A stretch of DNA of 64,000 nt. It comes from an uncultured Candidatus Saccharibacteria bacterium (GTDB taxonomy: Bacteria; Patescibacteriota; Minisyncoccia; Phycocordibacterales; SBAW01). The notes under the pieces were generated by a model that was given only the letters and a program-made list of their open reading frames with translations, did no database searches and had not been told where the DNA came from. Below, in pieces: positions 8,215 through 19,172 of the stretch; the stretch's first letter is position 1, and every line of letters starts with the position of its first letter. The DNA lies in NCBI GenBank assembly GCA_964650645.1, contig CAZYUH010000001.1, positions 153,873-217,872 of the forward strand. Direction: 5' to 3'. A program made the position numbers and the translations under genes.

Positions 8215-8628
8215 TCGCATAAATTCTTGCGCGAGGCCGCCAAGTTCTGCGCAGGCCTCGTCGCCGCCGATTTCCTTACGCTCATGTGGGCGTGGTCCAA
8301 CGACCTCTTCCCCGTGCAGACGTGGGGCGTGTCGTGGAGCGCCGACGTGGTGCTCCCGGCCGCCGCGTTCGACATCGGCCTCTTTATCATCCTCGTGCAC
8401 TACGGCTGGCACCTGGGCCGCATCCCGCGCCCCAAGGAGCGCATGTACCTGCTCGTCGCGGGCGCCATATTCAGCGTCGTTGCCGTAGCGCACCTCGTGC
8501 GCATCTTCACCCAGGGCGACTTCGTCCTGTGGGGCTGGACGGTGCCGCTGTGGCTCTCGTGGCTGGGCACGATGATAGCCGCTTACCTCGCGTACGCGAG
8601 CTTCCACTTCAGCGCGCGCTCGCGCTAA
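8215..8628 (+). CDS. Hypothetical integral membrane protein (~137 aa)
   Basis: Internal ATG MSHKFLREAAKFCAGLVAADF...; four hydrophobic helices; ends at a strong terminator. The antisense 318-aa ORF is R-rich and rejected. Confidence 0.4.
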   Translation, partial: SHKFLREAAKFCAGLVAADFLTLMWAWSNDLFPVQTWGVSWSADVVLPAAAFDIGLFIILVHYGWHLGRIPRPKERMYLLVAGAIFSVVAVAHLVRIFTQGDFVLWGWTVPLWLSWLGTMIAAYLAYASFHFSARSR

Positions 8629-8643
8629 CGGCGGGACGCGGGC

Positions 8644-8679
8644 AAAAAAAGGCCGGCGCATGCGCGCCGGCCTTTTTCC
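8644..8679. terminator. Bidirectional intrinsic terminator
   Basis: AAAAAAAGGCCGGCGCATGCGCGCCGGCCTTTTTCC. Confidence 0.6.
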
Positions 8680-9852
8680 TTACAGCGCCCGCAGGGGCTC
8701 GGGGCCGGGCGCGACGCCCGCGCCGGCGTTAATGATGAGATGGTTCTCAAGGACGGGCGCCACGATGTTGCGCCTTATTTTCTGCTGGGCGATGAGGACG
8801 GTCGAGAGCTTTATGGAGGCGTCCAGCGCCTCGGCGAACGCCGCGTCCGCCGCGTCGTAGTCGCGCGCCTGAAGGGCCTCGTCGCCCGCGACCATGAGCG
8901 CGTCTATCTCGCTGAGCTTGCCGGTCACTTGCGCGGTAGTCGAAGCGTCGAGGCTGTCCTTGGTGTCGTTGAAATTCGCGCGCACGTAGACGACCGCGCT
9001 CTGCGCCCGGCCCATGAGCTTGCTCGCGGCGCGCTCGCGCTCGGGATCCTCCTCAGGCGTCGGCGCGGCGGCCGTAGTGCTGGCGCCCCCGGTAGTCGAA
9101 GCGTCCTGCGCATCCGCGGCGATATTCGCGGAGAGCATGGCCGGCTCTGCCGCCGTACCGGCCTTCATAAAGGCCTGGGGCGCGGCCGCCGATCGCATCA
9201 TGCTCCTTGCGGGCGCGTCCGCGCGCTCGGCGCCCGCGCGGGCGAGCACGCGCACCGCGATGCCCTCCGAGGCGTCGCCCACGCCGTTGTCCTGGCCGAG
9301 CGCCGCGAGTATCGCGCCGTGGGCGGCGAGCGACGAATCGAGCGCGGCCTTGAGCGAGGCGCCCGTGTCGGGGTCGCTCTTGGCGACGTCATCGGCCAAT
9401 TCGGCCGCGGCCTGCGCGTGCGTCTCGAAACTCGCGGCGAGCTTCTCGGACGTGCCGGACGTCAGGCTCCCCTGCGCCGCCAACGCCTCCGCCTCCTCGA
9501 TGCGCCGCTGGGCGAGCTTGGCCTGCACCTGTGCCTTCGCGACGGGCGTGGTAGCGAGCGCCACCTCGACCGTTTCGTTCACGGACACCTTCACCGCGTA
9601 AAGCGCGTCGCCCGGAAGCGCGCCGCGCGCCGCGAACGCCGTGCCGGTCCCGGCGAACACCGCGAGCACCGCCGCCAAGGGCGCAAGGACGCGCACGCGC
9701 ATGAACTGGTGCGCGAACATGAAATACGGGCTCTGCCTGGGCGCCTTCGCCGCGGGCGACGGCATGCCGAATATCCGCGCTTTCATCGCGGCCTTTTCCC
9801 CGGGCGTGAGCCCGAGCTTCTTCGATTCGTTCTTTATATTGGTGAGTTCCAT
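8680..9852 (-). CDS. Anti-sigma factor-like membrane protein (DUF5667-like extracytoplasmic domain)
   Basis: 390 aa. TM segment VLAPLAAVLAVFAGTGTAFAA. Ala-rich periplasmic region. Starts 4 nt after the ECF sigma stop, the typical CPR sigma/anti-sigma pair. Confidence 0.5.
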   Translation of the reverse strand: MELTNIKNESKKLGLTPGEKAAMKARIFGMPSPAAKAPRQSPYFMFAHQFMRVRVLAPLAAVLAVFAGTGTAFAARGALPGDALYAVKVSVNETVEVALATTPVAKAQVQAKLAQRRIEEAEALAAQGSLTSGTSEKLAASFETHAQAAAELADDVAKSDPDTGASLKAALDSSLAAHGAILAALGQDNGVGDASEGIAVRVLARAGAERADAPARSMMRSAAAPQAFMKAGTAAEPAMLSANIAADAQDASTTGGASTTAAAPTPEEDPERERAASKLMGRAQSAVVYVRANFNDTKDSLDASTTAQVTGKLSEIDALMVAGDEALQARDYDAADAAFAEALDASIKLSTVLIAQQKIRRNIVAPVLENHLIINAGAGVAPGPEPLRAL

Positions 9853-9856
9853 TCTT

Positions 9857-10399
9857 TTATTCCCGCGCTGGCCCGTCCTCCAGGAGCACTTTGAGCTTGC
9901 GCAGTCCGCGGTGCACGCGCACCGACACCACGTTCTCGCTCGCGCCTATGAGCCCCGCTATCTCCTGCGGCGAAAGCCCGTCGACGTAGCGCAGGGCGAC
10001 GGCCTCGCGGTAAGGCTCGGCAAGCTCCCTCAGCGCCGCGAGCGCGCGTGCGCCCTCGTGCCTTCCTACGGCCGCCTCCAGCGTGTTGCTCTCGTCGGGG
10101 CTCATGAAGTCCTCGACGCCCATGTCCGCCTTCTCGGCCATCGCCTCAAGCGAGACGACCTTGTGCTTGCGGTACTCGTCGATGATGAGGTTGCGCAAGG
10201 TCCGGTACAGGAAGGGCCTGATTTCCCGGATGTCGGCGGCGCCCTTCTGGGCGTACGCCCAGGTCTTCATGAAGGTCTCCTGGGTCAGTTCCATGGCCCG
10301 CTCCCGGTCGCTGAGCCTGATGCTCGCATGGCGAAAGAGCTCGTCGCTGTAGGCCTCGAAGGCCTCCTCAAAGCTGTGCCGTAGGTCATCCATATGCAT
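9857..10399 (-). CDS. RNA polymerase sigma-70 factor, ECF subfamily
   Basis: 180 aa; region 2 (FEEAFEAYSDELFRHA...) and region 4 (ALRYVDGLSPQEIAGLIGASENVVSVRVHRGLRKL) motifs. Confidence 0.8.
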   Translation of the reverse strand: MHMDDLRHSFEEAFEAYSDELFRHASIRLSDRERAMELTQETFMKTWAYAQKGAADIREIRPFLYRTLRNLIIDEYRKHKVVSLEAMAEKADMGVEDFMSPDESNTLEAAVGRHEGARALAALRELAEPYREAVALRYVDGLSPQEIAGLIGASENVVSVRVHRGLRKLKVLLEDGPARE

Positions 10400-10478
10400 A
10401 GACGCGCCAGCGCCCCGAACCTTTCAAGCGCAAGTACCTTATAGTGTACCGCGCCCGCATGCAAGCCCCCGCATGGCG

Positions 10479-11654
10479 CTAGCGCATGGCCCGCGCTACC
10501 GCTTTGGCTACCCCTTTTTCAAACGGGCCGGGTATTATCTTGCCGGCCGAGGGCTTCTTAACGAGCGCCGCAAGGTTGCGCGCCGCTTTGACCTTCATGG
10601 CGTCGGTTATCATGCGCACCTTATTATCGAGCGCGCCGCGGAATATGCCGGGAAACGCCAGCGAGTTGTTCACCTGGTTGGGGTAGTCCGAGCGGCCGGT
10701 CGCCACCACCGCCGCGCCCGCTTCAAGCGCCAGTTCGGGGAGTATCTCGGGCGTCGGGTTGGCCATCGCGAACACGACGGGCCGCGGCGCCATGGAGCGC
10801 ACCATGTCCTGCGTGACGACGCCGGGCTTGGAGACGCCGATGAATATGTTGGCGTCCACCAGGGCCATGGACAGGTCGCCGCCCTTTTCAGCGAAGATAA
10901 TCCCGTCGCTTATGAGCTTCTTCTTCGTATCGTTAAGGTCCGCGCGGCCCTTCCACACCACGCCCGCGCTGTCGGCCGCGACGATGTTCACGCGCGGCGC
11001 GGCGAGCTTGATGAGCCTCATGATAGCGACGCCCGCGGCGCCGACCCCGCTCACGACTATCCAGCAGTTAGGGTCGTTGAGCGACTTCTTCAGGACTTTC
11101 GCCGCATTGATGAGCCCCGCCAAGACGACGATGGCGGTGCCGTGCTGGTCGTCGTGCATCACGGGGATGTCGAGCCGCTTCTTTAATTCGTCTTCGATAT
11201 AAAAGCACTTGGGCGCGGCGATGTCCTCTAAATTGATGCCGCCGAAGCCGGGCGCGACGGCCATGACCGCCTCGATTATCTTGTCGGGGTCCTGCGTATC
11301 GAGCACCAGCGGGAACGCGTCCACGTCCGCGAACGCCTTGAAGAGCGCGCACTTCCCTTCCATGACCGGGAGCGCGCCCACGGGGCCGATGTTGCCGAGC
11401 CCCAGCACCGCCGAGCCGTCGCTTACCACCGCGACCGTCCTGCCCTTTATGGTGTAGTCGCGCGCGAGCTTCGGGTTCTTCGCCACGAGCGAGGACACCG
11501 CCGCCACGCCCGGCGTATATATAAGCGAAAGATCGTCGCGGGTTTTGACCGGCTGAGCGGGCACCACGCGCACCTTGCCTCCGAGCTTCTTGTGCAGGGC
11601 CAGGGCCGCCTTGGATACGTCCTTTCTGCCGCGCGCTGTGCGGGAATTTTGCAT
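10479..11654 (-). CDS. NAD(P)-dependent malic enzyme (short MaeB-like form)
   Basis: 391 aa; LSLIYTPGVA, VSDGSAVLGLGNIGP and GVGAAGVAI blocks characteristic of malic enzymes. Confidence 0.8.
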   Translation of the reverse strand: MQNSRTARGRKDVSKAALALHKKLGGKVRVVPAQPVKTRDDLSLIYTPGVAAVSSLVAKNPKLARDYTIKGRTVAVVSDGSAVLGLGNIGPVGALPVMEGKCALFKAFADVDAFPLVLDTQDPDKIIEAVMAVAPGFGGINLEDIAAPKCFYIEDELKKRLDIPVMHDDQHGTAIVVLAGLINAAKVLKKSLNDPNCWIVVSGVGAAGVAIMRLIKLAAPRVNIVAADSAGVVWKGRADLNDTKKKLISDGIIFAEKGGDLSMALVDANIFIGVSKPGVVTQDMVRSMAPRPVVFAMANPTPEILPELALEAGAAVVATGRSDYPNQVNNSLAFPGIFRGALDNKVRMITDAMKVKAARNLAALVKKPSAGKIIPGPFEKGVAKAVARAMR

Positions 11655-11702
11655 AGGTGCCAGTGTACCACGCGGCGGCCGCGAATTTCATATAATAGGC
11701 CC

Positions 11703-13871
11703 ATGCATCCCGACAGCGCGCTCACCGAGCACTTCCGGCTCACCGACCTCCAGCGCGCGGCGCTCGGCAAGCTCGGCATCCTGACGGTGCGCGACCTGTT
11801 GTACCACTTCCCCTCCCGCTACGAGGTCGCGGGCGAGGGCGCGGAAATCGCGGGCCTCGTCGCGGGCCAGGAGGCATCGGTGGTGGGCGCGCTCGAGAAG
11901 CTGGAGGCGAAGAAGGGCTGGAAGTCGCGCATCCCCATGACCGAGGGCTTTTTGCGCGACTCGACCGGCCGCATCAAGTGCCGCTGGTTCAACCAGCCCT
12001 ACATCTCAAAAATGTACGCCGACGGCACGCTCGTGCGCGCGACGGGCAAGGTCGCAGGCAGCGAGGGAAAGCTGTACCTCGCCAACCCGCAGCTTGAGAA
12101 GGTATCGGTGACGGAGGGCGCGCTGTTCGAGAAAGAGAAGGTCATCAATGCCGACTCGGGCGAAGACGTGCGCGAGCTGTTCGCCATATACCCGGAGAGC
12201 CGCGGCACGACGTCGCTCTGGATGCGCCATGCCGTCGCGAAGTTCCTCGCGGGCGGCGCGCTTGAGAAGCTGGAAGACCCCATCCCTGCCGAACTCCTGA
12301 AGCGGTACAATCTTCCGACCCTACGCACGGCCCTGGTATGGGCGCATACCCCGCACGAACTGAAGCAGGCCGAAGCGGCGCGCAAGCGCTTCGCGTTCGA
12401 GGAGGTGTTCATGATCCAGCTTGAGCGCGGCCGCGAGCGCGCGCTCCAGGCGAAGGAAAAGAGCTTCGTCATAAGCACGCCCGAGGAAAGCGTGCAGGCG
12501 TTTATCGACGCCTTCCCGTTCGAGGCAACCGACGCGCAAGTGGGCGCGATAGAGGCGATACTTGCCGACATGCGCGCGGGCCACCCGATGTCGCGCCTGC
12601 TTGAAGGCGACGTAGGCTCAGGAAAGACCGCCGTTGCCGCCGCGGCCGCCCACGCGGTCGTCGAGACGCGCCCCGAGGGCCGGAAGAACGGCACGCTCCA
12701 AGTGGCCTACATGGCGCCCACCGAAATACTGGCCAAGCAGCACTTCGAATCATTCATAAGGTATTTCGAGCGCTTCCCCATCCAGATAGGGCTCATCACC
12801 GGCTCGGGATGCTTCAAGTTCCCGTCCAAGGTGTCGCCCGAAGGGTACACCGCCATCTCGCGCGCGCAACTCTTGAAGTGGGTCATGAGCGGCGAGATAC
12901 CGGTGCTCATCGGCACGCACGCGCTCATACAGAAGGCGGTGCAGTTCAAGCACTTGGCGCTTGTCGTGATAGACGAGCAGCACCGCTTCGGCACGGGCCA
13001 GCGCCGCGCGCTCGCGCGCAAGGAGGCCCGCCTGCCGCACCTCTTGAGCATGACCGCCACGCCCATCCCGCGCACGCTCGCCCTGACCGTATACGGCGAC
13101 CTTGATCTTACCCTGCTCGACCAGATGCCGCCGGGCCGCAAGCCGATCATTACCGAAATTGTCAGGCCCGCCGAGCGCCCACGGGCGTACGCAAAGATGC
13201 GCGAGCAGCTCGCCGAGGGCCGGCAGGCGTACGTCATCTGCCCGCGCATCGACGAGCCGGACCCGGACAAGGCTTTTGCCCTCCAGGCCAAGTCGGTTAC
13301 GGCCGAAGCCAAGCGGCTTAAAAAAAGCGTGTTCCCTTCGCGCGAAATCGGCATCCTCCATTCGAAGATGACGCCCAAGGAAAAAGACGATGTCATGGCG
13401 CGCTTTTCCAGCCACGAGATAGACATACTGGTGGCGACGAGCGTGGTCGAGGTCGGCGTCAACGTCCCCAACGCGACGATGATATTCATAGAAGGCGCCG
13501 AGCGCTTCGGCCTCAGCCAGCTCCACCAATTGCGCGGGCGCGTCGTGCGCTCGAACCATCAGGCCTACTGCTTCGTCTGCCCCGAGAGCCGCGGCGAGCC
13601 CACATTGGCCCGGCTTAAGGCGCTCGTGACCGCGAAGAACGGATTCGAGCTGGCTGAGCAGGACCTGCTTCAGCGCGGGCCCGGCGAACTATCGGGCCGC
13701 AAGCAGTGGGGCATCTCCGACATCGGCATGGAGGCATTGAAGAACCTCAAGCTGGTCGAGGCCGCGCGGGCAGAGGCGCTGGCCGTTATCCAAAAAGACG
13801 GAACGCTCGCCCGCCACCCCCTGCTTTCCCAGGCGCTCGCGGCCCGGGCCGCGCAGATGCATTTGGAGTGA
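11703..13871 (+). CDS. recG: ATP-dependent DNA helicase RecG
   Basis: Wedge domain followed by helicase motifs (GDVGSGKTAVAA, DEQHRFG, TATPIPRT). ORF 11592..13871 trimmed to MHPDSALTEH. Confidence 0.85.
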   Translation: MHPDSALTEHFRLTDLQRAALGKLGILTVRDLLYHFPSRYEVAGEGAEIAGLVAGQEASVVGALEKLEAKKGWKSRIPMTEGFLRDSTGRIKCRWFNQPYISKMYADGTLVRATGKVAGSEGKLYLANPQLEKVSVTEGALFEKEKVINADSGEDVRELFAIYPESRGTTSLWMRHAVAKFLAGGALEKLEDPIPAELLKRYNLPTLRTALVWAHTPHELKQAEAARKRFAFEEVFMIQLERGRERALQAKEKSFVISTPEESVQAFIDAFPFEATDAQVGAIEAILADMRAGHPMSRLLEGDVGSGKTAVAAAAAHAVVETRPEGRKNGTLQVAYMAPTEILAKQHFESFIRYFERFPIQIGLITGSGCFKFPSKVSPEGYTAISRAQLLKWVMSGEIPVLIGTHALIQKAVQFKHLALVVIDEQHRFGTGQRRALARKEARLPHLLSMTATPIPRTLALTVYGDLDLTLLDQMPPGRKPIITEIVRPAERPRAYAKMREQLAEGRQAYVICPRIDEPDPDKAFALQAKSVTAEAKRLKKSVFPSREIGILHSKMTPKEKDDVMARFSSHEIDILVATSVVEVGVNVPNATMIFIEGAERFGLSQLHQLRGRVVRSNHQAYCFVCPESRGEPTLARLKALVTAKNGFELAEQDLLQRGPGELSGRKQWGISDIGMEALKNLKLVEAARAEALAVIQKDGTLARHPLLSQALAARAAQMHLE

Positions 13872-13896
13872 CGGTGCGCTATAGTGGTCAGCATCG

Positions 13897-13968
13897 GGCG
13901 CGTAGCTCAGTGGTAGAGCCGTCGTCTTATACACGACTGGTCGCAGGTTCGATCCCTGCCGCGCCCAC
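13897..13968 (+). tRNA. tRNA-Ile-like with anticodon UAU (TAT); CCA not encoded
   Basis: GGGCGCG-TA-GCTCAGTGGTAGAGC-C-GTCGT-CTTATAC-ACGAC-TGGTC-GCAGGTTCGATCCCTGC-CGCGCCC-A. Body resembles tRNA-Ile2. Confidence 0.7.
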
Positions 13969-13982
13969 AATGATTCGCAAAT

Positions 13983-14002
13983 ACGGCCGGGGGCCGTTTT
14001 TT
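13983..14002 (+). terminator. Intrinsic terminator after tRNA-Ile
   Basis: CGGCCGGGGGCCG followed by TTTTTTG. Confidence 0.55.
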
Positions 14003-14102
14003 GCGAGGCATCATTGCGAGGATGCGACAGGGGTCGAATGCCGGAGCAGCTTGGCTGCGAGGCGGGGTCGCGCAAATTTCCAGCAGGAAATTATGCGTGA
14101 CC
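14003..14102 (+). ncRNA. Structured repeat element D (shorter/degenerate copy of the family)
   Basis: GCGACAGGGGTCGAATGCCGGAGC ... GCGAGGCGGGGTCGCG ... AAATTTCC-AGCA-GGAAATT ... TGCGTGACC, homologous to A, B and C. Ends at a repeat of the tRNA-Ile 3' end. Confidence 0.4.
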
Positions 14103-14119
14103 GATCCCTGCCGCGCCCA
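14102..14119 (+). repeat. Direct repeat of tRNA-Ile 3' end (att-like)
   Basis: CGATCCCTGCCGCGCCCA is identical to 13951..13968 (T-loop 3' half + T-stem + acceptor 3' strand). Confidence 0.55.
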
Positions 14120-14193
14120 CTTCCATACATCCCCCCTCCGTGCTACCGTGCTTCAGGACTTCTTTCACCATCACCCACCGGAAGGATACTCCA

Positions 14194-15183
14194 ATGAAGC
14201 TGAGAGGCATACCGTTCAAGCCCTGCTGGGACGCTGCAGGCCTGCGCGGCTGGGGCGGCGAGGGCTACTGGTTCCACCATGCGCCGGTCATCCGCCGCAT
14301 GTACGACTTCAGCGGCTCCACGAGGGTTGCCAAGACCACGACCATGTACCAGCACAGGGGCAACATGCCCCTGAAAGGGCCGGCGGAAAAGTACGCGCCC
14401 AAAGAGAGCTTCCCGCGGTGCGTCTGGTGGTCCTTTGCGGGCGGCCGGACGGTCAACGCCGTCGGGCTCTCGGGACCCGGCGCTCACCTGCTCGGAAACG
14501 ACCTGTTCTGGGCAAGCGACAAGGAGCCGTACATGATTTCCTTCATGTCCGTCAGGCCGGCTTTTGAGGAGCGGCTGGAAGAACTGGCCCAATTCTGCAC
14601 GCTGCTCGACGGGCAGCTGCGAGGGACTGAGCAGGCACAACGGATAGCCCTGCAGATAAACCTGAGCTGTCCCAATACCGGGCTTGATACCGGGCACCTC
14701 ATGCATGAGGCTGCCCGGATGCTCGACATAGCGGCACGGGCGCCGGTGCCGAAGGTTGTAAAGGTCAACATACTGCCGCCAGCAAAAGCGGTCGCGGAGA
14801 TAGCACGGCACAAGGAGTGCGACGCGCTGTGCTTTTCCAACACCCTGCCGTTCGGCTCCTTGCCGGACAAGATAGACTGGAAGCGCCTGTTTCCAAAGGG
14901 GTCGCCCCTGCTCAGAAGGGACGAATGCTTTGGCGCCGGCGGATACTCGGGGCCGGAACTCCTGCGCCTGGTATGCGAGTACGGCCGAGCACTGCGCGAG
15001 GCCGGGGTCGAAAAGCCCTTCAACCTCGGCGGCGGCATCCGCAAGCCCCGCGACGTGGACTACGCCGTAGCGCACGCAGGGCTGCGCCGGGGCAAGGACT
15101 CGGTGTTCTTCGCGTCGGCGGCAATGGTGCGGCCGTGGAATATCCGCGGCATCATCAGGCGCGCCCACGAGCTTTTGGGCTGA
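14194..15183 (+). CDS. Dihydroorotate dehydrogenase-like (PyrD family) TIM-barrel flavoprotein
   Basis: RBS GGAAGGA before MKLRGIPF. INLSCPNTG matches the DHODH/DHPD N-x-S-C-P-N motif. Divergent elsewhere. Confidence 0.5.
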   Translation: MKLRGIPFKPCWDAAGLRGWGGEGYWFHHAPVIRRMYDFSGSTRVAKTTTMYQHRGNMPLKGPAEKYAPKESFPRCVWWSFAGGRTVNAVGLSGPGAHLLGNDLFWASDKEPYMISFMSVRPAFEERLEELAQFCTLLDGQLRGTEQAQRIALQINLSCPNTGLDTGHLMHEAARMLDIAARAPVPKVVKVNILPPAKAVAEIARHKECDALCFSNTLPFGSLPDKIDWKRLFPKGSPLLRRDECFGAGGYSGPELLRLVCEYGRALREAGVEKPFNLGGGIRKPRDVDYAVAHAGLRRGKDSVFFASAAMVRPWNIRGIIRRAHELLG

Positions 15184-15286
15184 CGCAGACGCCGGCCCGG
15201 CGCCCCCCTTGGGGTGGCGCCGGGCTTTTTCTTTTGGTACAGTCTGCGCGGACAAAGAACGCCAACAGCAAAAGGAACAGCACTCA

Positions 15287-16540
15287 ATGGACCAGCACTC
15301 CATAGACCTCGTTTTTTCCGATCCCGAGCCTGCCCCCGACTATCCCGCCGCCGTTACCGTGCCGGCCGTGTTCAACAGCCACGGGCACCCGCGCGACACC
15401 GTAGCCGAAGGCGACGGCCGCGCGGAGATGATGGTTCCGCTCTACGCGGAAGCGTTCGGCGACGTAATGGGCATGGGCAACACCATGCAGCCCCTCGTCA
15501 CCGCGGACCTGGCGCGGCGCAAAGGGGCGCAGTGGCGCGCGCTCATACCCGGGGGCAGCCCGCTCAGGATCCACGTCGCAGGGCTCATGCACGAGGGCAC
15601 CAGCGCCGACGAGGTACTCGCCGGGTACGACGCGCCCGGGCATGAGCAGGCGTGGATCGCGATGAAGATGTTCATGCGCTCGGTGTCCAACTCGAGCGGC
15701 GCCGACGTTGACGACCTCTCCCGCGTCATGCCCGTCATACGGGCGATGGCCGGGGCCGACTTCAGGTACCGCAAGGGGCCGATGCCGCTGTGCGTGCACG
15801 CCGAGCGCAAATACTATCCCGGCGGCAAAAGGGTGCACTTCCTCGACCGCAGCAAGGAGTCCATGGAGCGCGACATACGGCGCATCTTCAGGGAAGCGCC
15901 GGCGGCCCGCGTCATCGTCTGCCACGTCAGCAGCAAGCACGCGGTCGGCGTGATACGCGAGATGCGCGGCAGGAGGTTCGACATCTGGGGGGAGATCGCG
16001 CCGCACTACGCGCAGTTCTCGTGCGACGACCTCTTCGAGGGGCCGGGCGGGAGCACCAAGTTCAACTCGCACCTCTTCTGCCTGCCTATATTCGGCACGG
16101 AGGAGGACCGCAAGGCCATAAAGGAGGCGATGCTCTCCGGGGAGCCGTGGTGGTTCTACGGCGATGACGGGGCGTGCCATTGGGACGACCCCGCCCGCCC
16201 GGGAGGGGTCAAGATTGACTCCGACGGGTTCGTCACCGGAGGGCAGGCGCAGATCCCGCGCGCGGCCGTCTCGTACGTTATCGAGACGTTCGCCGAGGCG
16301 GGCAAGCTCGGGCTTCTGCCGGACTTCCTCTCGCGCAACGGCCGCAGGGCGTTCCACTTGCCCGAGGCCGGGCACGAGGCGGTGTTCGAGCGGCGCGAAT
16401 GGAAAGTGCCGCGCGAGATTGCGCTCGACTCCCCGGCCCTGGGACTGCGCCGGGCCCGCGTGGCCATGGGCGGCAAGACCCGCCGCTACTGGCCCAAAGG
16501 AGTCCCCCTGGGTTCGAACGACGACCCTTCCGAAGGCTGA
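15287..16540 (+). CDS. Dihydroorotase-like amidohydrolase (type II PyrC-like, with insertions)
   Basis: FNSHGHPRD (cf. HLHLRD of E. coli PyrC), HLFCLPI (cf. LYCLPILK), GDDGACHW (cf. GTDSAPH). 417 aa versus 348 for E. coli PyrC. Confidence 0.5.
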   Translation: MDQHSIDLVFSDPEPAPDYPAAVTVPAVFNSHGHPRDTVAEGDGRAEMMVPLYAEAFGDVMGMGNTMQPLVTADLARRKGAQWRALIPGGSPLRIHVAGLMHEGTSADEVLAGYDAPGHEQAWIAMKMFMRSVSNSSGADVDDLSRVMPVIRAMAGADFRYRKGPMPLCVHAERKYYPGGKRVHFLDRSKESMERDIRRIFREAPAARVIVCHVSSKHAVGVIREMRGRRFDIWGEIAPHYAQFSCDDLFEGPGGSTKFNSHLFCLPIFGTEEDRKAIKEAMLSGEPWWFYGDDGACHWDDPARPGGVKIDSDGFVTGGQAQIPRAAVSYVIETFAEAGKLGLLPDFLSRNGRRAFHLPEAGHEAVFERREWKVPREIALDSPALGLRRARVAMGGKTRRYWPKGVPLGSNDDPSEG

Positions 16541-16555
16541 GAGAAAGACAGCAAG

Positions 16556-16586
16556 CGCCCCGGCTACCAAGCCGGGGCATTTTTTC
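16556..16586 (+). terminator. Intrinsic terminator
   Basis: GCCCCGGC-TACCA-AGCCGGGGC followed by ATTTTTTCG. Confidence 0.6.
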
Positions 16587-16633
16587 GCGTGCTACACTGT
16601 ATTTTTAGAGCACTCGAAGAAAGGGGCGCGCAG

Positions 16634-16834
16634 ATGCGCAAGATAGATTACAACCTCCCCCATACCCATCCCCACAACATAGAGACCGCCCGCCTGCTCG
16701 GGCTCGTCTGGAGCGAGCGGGACCACCTGTACGTCAGCGCAGCCGACGGCTCCATCCCCGCCGGCTATGAAGGCGAGTTCGACAGCATATGGGGCCGCCT
16801 GAGCAGGAGCGACAAGGTATACGCGCACAAGTAA
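16634..16834 (+). CDS. Small hypothetical protein (66 aa)
   Basis: RBS AAAGGGG before MRKIDYNLPHTHPHN. Followed by terminator 16841..16872. Confidence 0.35.
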   Translation: MRKIDYNLPHTHPHNIETARLLGLVWSERDHLYVSAADGSIPAGYEGEFDSIWGRLSRSDKVYAHK

Positions 16835-16840
16835 AGAAGA

Positions 16841-16872
16841 CCCCCGGCTCGCACGCCGGGGTTCCCTTTTTA
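16841..16872 (+). terminator. Intrinsic terminator
   Basis: CCCCGGC-TCGCAC-GCCGGGG followed by TTCCCTTTTT. Confidence 0.5.
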
Positions 16873-17095
16873 AAACGCGCGGTATATAGTGCGCCAAGCG
16901 CAACGTTCTTGGAGGAAGCTTGTGACCGCAGGCAAGAAGGCAATCGGCTACATCGACCTGGCAGCAGACGCGTTCTTCTCTTTCTGCCTCACGCCCTTTA
17001 TGGGCAGGAAGGCTTGGAGGGGCTTTCCGCGCACCCCGGAAGCCCGCTCAGTGCTTAGGGAGTGGCGCAGGAAGCGGCACGCCCGGCAGTAGCGG

Positions 17096-17135
17096 CAAAA
17101 AAAACGCCCGGCTCATGGCCGGGCGTTCTTTTTTT
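17096..17135. terminator. Bidirectional terminator (serves ftsH)
   Basis: AAAAAAAACGCCCGGCTCATGGCCGGGCGTTCTTTTTTT. Confidence 0.65.
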
Positions 17136-17142
17136 ATAAGCC

Positions 17143-19083
<1,941 letters not shown>

Positions 19084-19172
19084 GAGACACTCATCATACC
19101 ATTTCCCCCGTATTTTAAAAGAAAACGCCGCCGAGCCATGCTCGGCGGCGAAAGCGCCTCTTCCCTGCTTTT

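Noticed and set aside
7705-8661. 318-aa minus-strand ORF
   Set aside because: Extremely Arg-rich, low-complexity translation that is antisense to a plausible membrane-protein gene. Typical GC-rich shadow ORF.
8740-9894. 384-aa + strand ORF
   Set aside because: R/G-rich shadow ORF antisense to the anti-sigma factor gene.
14143-16570. Two long minus-strand ORFs (386 and 428 aa)
   Set aside because: Antisense to the pyrD-like and pyrC-like genes; R/P/G-rich with no motifs.
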